From Octopus vulgaris (lineage: Eukaryota), in contig OX597842.1 in assembly GCA_951406725.2 (NCBI GenBank), forward strand, positions 32,860,001 to 32,924,000: DNA of 64,000 nucleotides. Direction: 5' to 3'. Position numbers and translations under genes: made by a program. The notes beneath the pieces were generated by a model. That model ran no database searches and was not told where the DNA came from. It saw only the letters and a list, made by a program, of their open reading frames with translations. Positions within the stretch are counted from its first letter, which is position 1, and every line of letters starts with the position of its first letter. Positions 57,851-64,000 of this stretch are shown piece by piece.

Positions 57851-57896
57851 TTTCATTCCTTGCATAGATACGGCGACACACATTTGAATGCATATA

Positions 57897-59232
57897 TACC
57901 TATTTCTTTACTACCCACAAGGGGCTAAACACAGAGGGGACAAACAAGGACAGACATAGGTATTAAGCTGATGACATCGACCCCAGAGCGTAACTGGTAC
58001 TTAATTTATCGACCCCGAAAGGATGAAAGGCAAAGTCGACCTCGGCGGAATTTGAACTCAGAACGTAACGCAGACGGAATACCTATTTCTTTACTACCCA
58101 CAAGGGGCTAAACACAGAGGGGACAAACAAGGACAGACATAGGTATTAAGCTGATGACATCGACCCCAGAGCGTAACTGGTACTTAATTTATCGACCCCG
58201 AAAGGATGAAAGGCAAAGTCGACCTCGGCGGAATTTGAACTCAGAACGTAACGCAGACGGAATACCTATTTCTTTACTACCCACAATGGGCTAAACACAG
58301 AGGGGACAAACAAGGACAGACATAGGTATTAAGCTGATGACATCGACCCCAGAGCGTTACTGGTACTTAATTTATCGACCCCGAAAGGATGAAAGGCAAA
58401 GTCGACCTCGGCGGAATTTGAACTCAGAACGTAACGCAGACGGAATACCTATTTCTTTACTACCCACAAGGGGCTAAACATAGAGGGGACAAACAAGGAC
58501 AAACATAGGTATTAAGCTGATTACATCGACCCCAGAGCGTAACTGGTACTTAATTTATCGACCCCCGAAAGGATGAAAGGCAAAGTCGACCTCGGCGGAA
58601 TTTGAACTCAGAACGTAACGCAGACGGAATACCTATTTCTTTACTACCCACAAGGGGCTAAACACAGAGGGGACAAACAAGGACAGACATAGGTATTAAG
58701 CTGATGACATCGACCCCAGAGCGTAACTGGTACTTAATTTATCGACCCCGAAAGGATGAAAGGCAAAGTCGACCTCGGCGGAATTTGAACTCACAACGTA
58801 ACGCAGACGGAATACCTATTTCTTTACTACCCACAAGGGGCTAAACATAGAGGGGACAAACAAGGACAAACATAGGTATTAAGCTGATTACATCGACCCC
58901 AGAGCGTAACTGGTACTTAATTTATCGACCCCCGAAAGGATGAAAGGCAAAGTCGACCTCGGCGGAATTTGAACTCAGAACGTAACGCAGACGGAATACC
59001 TATTTCTTTACTACCCACAAGGGGCTAAACATAGAGGGGACAAACAAGGACAGACATAGGTATTAAGCTGATGACATCGACCCCAGAGCGTAACTGGTAC
59101 TTAATTTATCGACCCCCGAAAGGATGAAAGGCAAAGTCGACCTCGGCGGAATTTGAACTCACAACGTAACGCAGACAGAATACCGCTAAGCATTTCGCCC
59201 GGCGTGCTAACCTTTCTGACAGCTCGCCGCCT
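57897..59232 (-). repeat. tandem array of seven near-identical Meta-SINE (family B) units plus one tRNA head, 183-184 bp period
   Basis: TACCTATTTCT at 57897, 58080, 58263, 58446, 58630, 58813 and 58997; head at 59181-59232. Confidence 0.96.
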
Positions 59233-59329
59233 TATATATGAAAGCATGTATACTGGCTGCGATGGGTAAATTGTCGCCCTTTTATATATTAAATTTCGCG
59301 TATGCGCATGGTTTGTTTTTGATTTTGTC

Positions 59330-59930
59330 GACAACACAGTATAGTAGAGTCAGTGGAGCACCGTCTGTGAGCAACACTGACCCATGACGCAATTCACTCA
59401 GCCAGAAATATGGAAGCGATATGCTGTACCGCTTGGTATTCCTGCCGGAAGCTCTAATACAAACATTTCTGAGTGTTTAGGTGTCAATCTGAGAACATGA
59501 TCCGAGAGTGATTAAAATCAAACATCCAGTCAACATGATGCCTCCATTCATCTTCCCACATGGCCCCAGACTCAATACTGTGGCCTACAATATGTACCTG
59601 GAGGAAGTAGTGCTGCCCTGGCTCAAGATAGGGGCTGCTAGAAGACCCTATGTCTAGCAACAGGACTCTGCATCATTCCACACAAGCAGGAGAACCCAGC
59701 CATGGCTGTCAGACAATTTCTGCGACCACATAACCCCTAACATCTGGTCATCTAACTTCCCACACTGAAACCCCCTTGATTATCATGTGTAGGATGATCA
59801 GTTGAGCGAGAGACCAACAAAACTCTTTGTAACATCAAATATGAACCGAAGGCAAGGATTATGGCAGCATTCACCAACTTGAACAAGAACATCCAGAAGA
59901 ATCGCAGGACATTCCGAAGTCGCCTGGGGT
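59330..59930 (+). pseudogene. Tc1/mariner (DD37D/maT-like) transposase fragment, internally deleted
   Basis: MPPFIFPHGPRLNTVAY..LEEVVLPWL..RPYV*QQDSASFHTSRRTQPWLSDNF..WSSNFPH*NPLDY. Confidence 0.85.
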
Positions 59931-60026
59931 CTACTTGCTCGACGAAATGCGGTGCTCCTGCATGGCACAGTCAAATAACTGAAACAAGTAAAAGAATAAA
60001 GAGTATTGCTTCATAGTAATTATTCC

Positions 60027-60086
<60 letters not shown>

Positions 60087-60405
60087 ATATATATATATTA
60101 TATATATGTGTGTATATATATATATGTAAATATAAATTAAATTAGAGATAAAGCCACAATTAGGCAAATCAAACAGTGAAAAACATAAACCAAAACATAG
60201 AAAAAAAATTAATTAATATAATATGCAAAGTATATAAAATATAAAATTCAAAATTTAAATTATTTAAATTTAAAAAAAATTTAAAATTAATTTAAAATGT
60301 AAAATTAGATTTAATCCTAAATCTAATTTTTCCTTGTAAGTTTGGATTTACTCCCTAATATTATTATATGTATATATAAATATATAAATATATATATATA
60401 TATAA

Positions 60406-60464
<59 letters not shown>

Positions 60465-60466
<2 letters not shown>

Positions 60467-60655
60467 ACGGGAAGGTTTACGAAAATAAACAAAAGACGAA
60501 GGCAGGTGGAATACAAACAAACAATTGTATTAGTTTGGCGCTCAGGAATAGAAATAGAAAAAGTCTTTTACGTTTCGAGCCTACGCTCTTCGACAGAAAG
60601 ATACACAGAAAAAAAACAAGGAGAGAAAAAAATGCGTGTAGGAGCTAACGGTCTA
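60465..60655 (-). mobile_element. Penelope-pLTR-like element, family P2
   Basis: Near-identical to 52160-52335; microsatellite on both sides. Confidence 0.7.
60564..60601 (-). ncRNA. minimal type I hammerhead-like motif (CUGUCGA core)
   Basis: Identical to 52259-52296. Confidence 0.62.
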
Positions 60656-60701
60656 TGTATATGTATATATATATATGTATGTATGTATGTATGTATATAT
60701 G

Positions 60702-60768
<67 letters not shown>

Positions 60769-60909
60769 GTATGTATATATATATGAAGCCTTAAATCATT
60801 GCATATAAATACTAGGGTTAGAAAACCTTTCGCAGTTCTTTGTATAATGACGTTCTTTGAAACGATTGATACATACCAAACTATTCCAAGCCTCTGAATA
60901 CGCCTTATA

Positions 60910-61137
60910 CCTATTTCTATTTCTTTACTACCCACAAGGGGCTAAACACAGAGGGGGCGAACAAGGACAGACAAACGGATTAGGTCGATTACATCGACTC
61001 CAGTGCGTAACTGGTACTTAATTTATCGACCCCGAAAGGATGAAAGACAAAGTCGACCTCGGCGGAATTTGAACTCAGAACGAAATACGGCTACGCACTT
61101 CGCCCGGCGTGCAAACGTTTCTGCCAGCTCGCCGCCG
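60910..61137 (-). mobile_element. Meta-SINE family B monomer
   Basis: Head, Meta block and tail are all present. Confidence 0.88.
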
Positions 61138-61138
61138 T

Positions 61139-61290
<152 letters not shown>

Positions 61291-61377
61291 CATATACATA
61301 TACATATATATATATACATATATATATATATGTATATATATATATATGTATATATGTATATGTGTATATATATGTAT

Positions 61378-61417
<40 letters not shown>

Positions 61418-61991
61418 ATTTTCACACCTGTATACCTATATATATATATATTCTTATATGCATATTTACATATATATACACATACATTTAAACAAGTATA
61501 TAGACATTCTCGCATACATACACACAGTTGTATTCATACATAGGCATATACCTGCATTGATGCATCTATAAATACAGTAATTAAACAAATACTGTAATTA
61601 AACGATAATTCAAAATTACTTCGTTATTATGTTCTTCAGTTGTTCCATAATTAATTATTACAAATCAAATTATTTAAACAGAAATATGGTTATCGGAGAA
61701 GTTATCTCTTTTTAATATTAACCCATCTCTAATCGGTTCCAGATTCTACATCTTTTATTAATTGGATAGAAATTAAATCCGTCCATTAAAACTTCACGTT
61801 AATTTATGTTCTAAACGCCGGATTAATAATGTTGAATTTATTCAATTAAATTCTTTATTATTTTGAAAATAAACTGAAACGCTTGCTGTGTATTTCAATA
61901 TAAATTAGACTAAGAGAATGCTTAAATAGATCGAAATTAAAGCCCGTTTTTCCTCGAAATTTTATGTTAATTTACGCTCTAGACACCAGCT

Positions 61992-62255
61992 AGTGGAGGC
62001 ACATGGCCTAGTGGTTAGAGCAGCAGACTCACGGTCGGGGGATCGCGCGTTCGAATCTCAGACCGGGTGATGTGTGTGTTTATGAGCGAAACACCTAAGC
62101 TCCACGCGACTCCGGCAGAATGTAATGGCGAAACTTCTGCTGACTCTTTCGCCACAACTTTCTCTTACTATTTCCTCCTGCATTTTGCCTATACGCAACA
62201 GAAAACCGAGAAACCGGCCCTTATGAGCCAGGCATCGCTCGAGAAGGAACAAAAA
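61992..62255 (+). mobile_element. tRNA-derived SINE with a 13-bp target-site duplication
   Basis: TGGCCTAGTGG A box, GTTCGAATCT B box; flanks CTAGACACCAGCT (61979) and CTAGGCACCAGCT (62256). Confidence 0.8.
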
Positions 62256-62344
62256 CTAGGCACCAGCTTATTTAATGACGAAATTATTTTGCTAAATTCT
62301 TCGTAATTTGGTAATATTAATTGAAACAAAAGACAGTCGTATAC

Positions 62345-62548
62345 TATTTTACTTGGTTCAGTCATTTGGCTGTGGCCATGCTGGAGCACGGCCTTTTAGT
62401 CGAGCAAATCGACCCCCAGGACTTATTCTTTGTAAGCCTGGTGCTTATTCTATCAGTTCCTTTTGCCGAACCGCTAAGTTACGGGGATGTAAACACACCA
62501 GCATCGATTGTCAAGCGATGTTGGGGGACAAACATAGACAGACAAACG

Positions 62549-62596
<48 letters not shown>

Positions 62597-63080
62597 ATAA
62601 AATATTAGGGAATAAATCCAAACTTACAGGGAAAAATCATTGTTTGATTTGCCTAATAGTGGTTTTATCTCTAATTTAATATAATATATATATATATATA
62701 TACACATATACGACGGGCTTCTTTCAGTTTCCGTCTATCAAATCCACTCACAAGGCTTTGGTCAGCCCGAGGCTATAGTAGAATATACTTGCCCAAGGTG
62801 CCACGCAGTGGGAATGAACCCGGAACCATGTGGTGAAAAATCATTGTTTGATTTGCCTAATAGTGGTTTTATCTCTAATTTAATATAATATATATATATA
62901 TATATATATACATATACGACGGGCTTCTTTCAGTTTCCGTCTATCAAATCTACCCGCAAGGCTTTGGTCGGCCCGAGGCTATAGTAGAAGACACTCGCTC
63001 AAGGTGCCACGCAGTGGGTCTGAACCCGAAACCATGTGGTTGCTATGCAAGCTACTTACCACACAGCCACTCCTACGCCA
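62345..63080 (-). mobile_element. SINE family A with an insert in its microsatellite and an approximately 200-bp tandem duplication
   Basis: GAAAAATCATTGTTTGATTTGCCTAATAGTGG..TACGACGGGCTTC occurs twice (about 62631 and 62835). Confidence 0.85.
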
Positions 63081-64000
63081 AGAAAACTTAAACCTTCATC
63101 CGTCAAAATTCCATGTTAATTTATGGTCCAAACATCAGTTTAATTAATGACGATCTTAGTTTTTTAAATTCTTCATAATTTGGTAATATTTAATTCTTTA
63201 TTGCCTCGGAAGGGAACATTCTAAGCGCAATCCCAACACATAACAGAATGGGTGGGGGGTCTTTACCCTTACCCTTATGGTAACAAAAGTGTTAAAATGA
63301 TCCGCATTAAAATTTTTATGTTAGTTCACGATCCAAACACCAGGTTAATAATGGCAGAGAGACACATATTGGCTGTGTGTACACCGCCTGGGCAGTACAT
63401 AGCTTCCATGTGTACCATTTATATAGACTTTCTGCAGATATGGGTTAGTTTGGTTTGATCATACTGGTTGATAGTTTCTTTAACCCTTTTGGTACCAAAC
63501 CTGTCTGAGACTAATGTTGTATGATAGGAATTTCTGTATTAAGTGATCTAAATCTTTGAAACACTTCTATAAAAATTCCGTGCCAATTTACGTTTCAAAC
63601 ACGAATTTAACAAGGTTACTTTATAAAATTCTTCGTTATTTTGGAAACTGTTTGACACAAATACAAAATATTTCTACAGAAATACGGCTGACCCTTTTGA
63701 TATTTACCCATCTTAGAACGAACCCTAGTTCGGCATATTTTTTTTTTCTAAAAAGATCAAAATTAAAAGCTTCCATCAAAATTTCCTGTTAAGTTCCAAA
63801 CAACAGCTTAATAACGAGGTTATTTTACTAAATTTTTCTTTATTTTCAAAAGAAGTTGAAACAAATGAAATGTATTTCAAACAGGAATATGCGAATAAAA
63901 GAGTTAACCCTTTTGATTTCATCTCATGGTTCTGTACAAACCCTTCTTTTAAAGTGATCGAAATGGAAACCTTTCAGTTTCTTTATTTCTAAATCGAAAC

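Larger units (their letters stand above)
61550..64000. mobile_element. cluster of diverged piggyBac-like MITE units (about 210 bp), interrupted by SINEs
   Basis: TTAACCC(T/A) starts at 61718, 63479 and 63904; AAAAG(A/T)GTTAA ends at 63296 and 63907; recurrent core AAATTTCATGTTAATTTATGTTCCAAACACCAG. Confidence 0.6.

Noticed and set aside
57965-58030. CTGATGA...CGAAA in the 183-bp array as a retrozyme hammerhead
   Set aside because: No stem II or stem I pairing; other units read CTGATTA, and related SINE copies have GTCGATTACATCGAC
61992-62065. Functional tRNA gene
   Set aside because: The tRNA-like head continues into a SINE body with a tail and TSD, and the acceptor stem does not pair

Overview
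Very AT-rich, microsatellite-saturated eukaryotic DNA with no recognisable host protein-coding exon. The repeat families and composition suggest an Octopus (coleoid cephalopod) intergenic or intronic region; this is an inference from recognition, not a database result. Nearly all ORFs in the track are translations of (TA)n/(CA)n/(CTAT)n/(GGT)n repeats. Real content: (1) about 20 copies of a tRNA-derived CORE-type SINE whose tail matches local CR1-group LINE fragments; (2) a Meta-domain SINE whose tail resembles the 3' end of a young Tx1/L1-clade fragment; (3) R4-like, DD37D/mariner, Helitron/Helentron and piggyBac-like relics; (4) five tandem arrays that all derive from SINE sequence. The most notable signal is at least nine type I hammerhead-ribozyme folds from about five sequence families. 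They sit in short Penelope-pLTR-like elements mostly embedded in (TA)n, their stems covary, and two of them form a back-to-back palindrome at 40332-40462. Several unique islands carry clustered transcription-factor motifs and are possible cis-regulatory elements.
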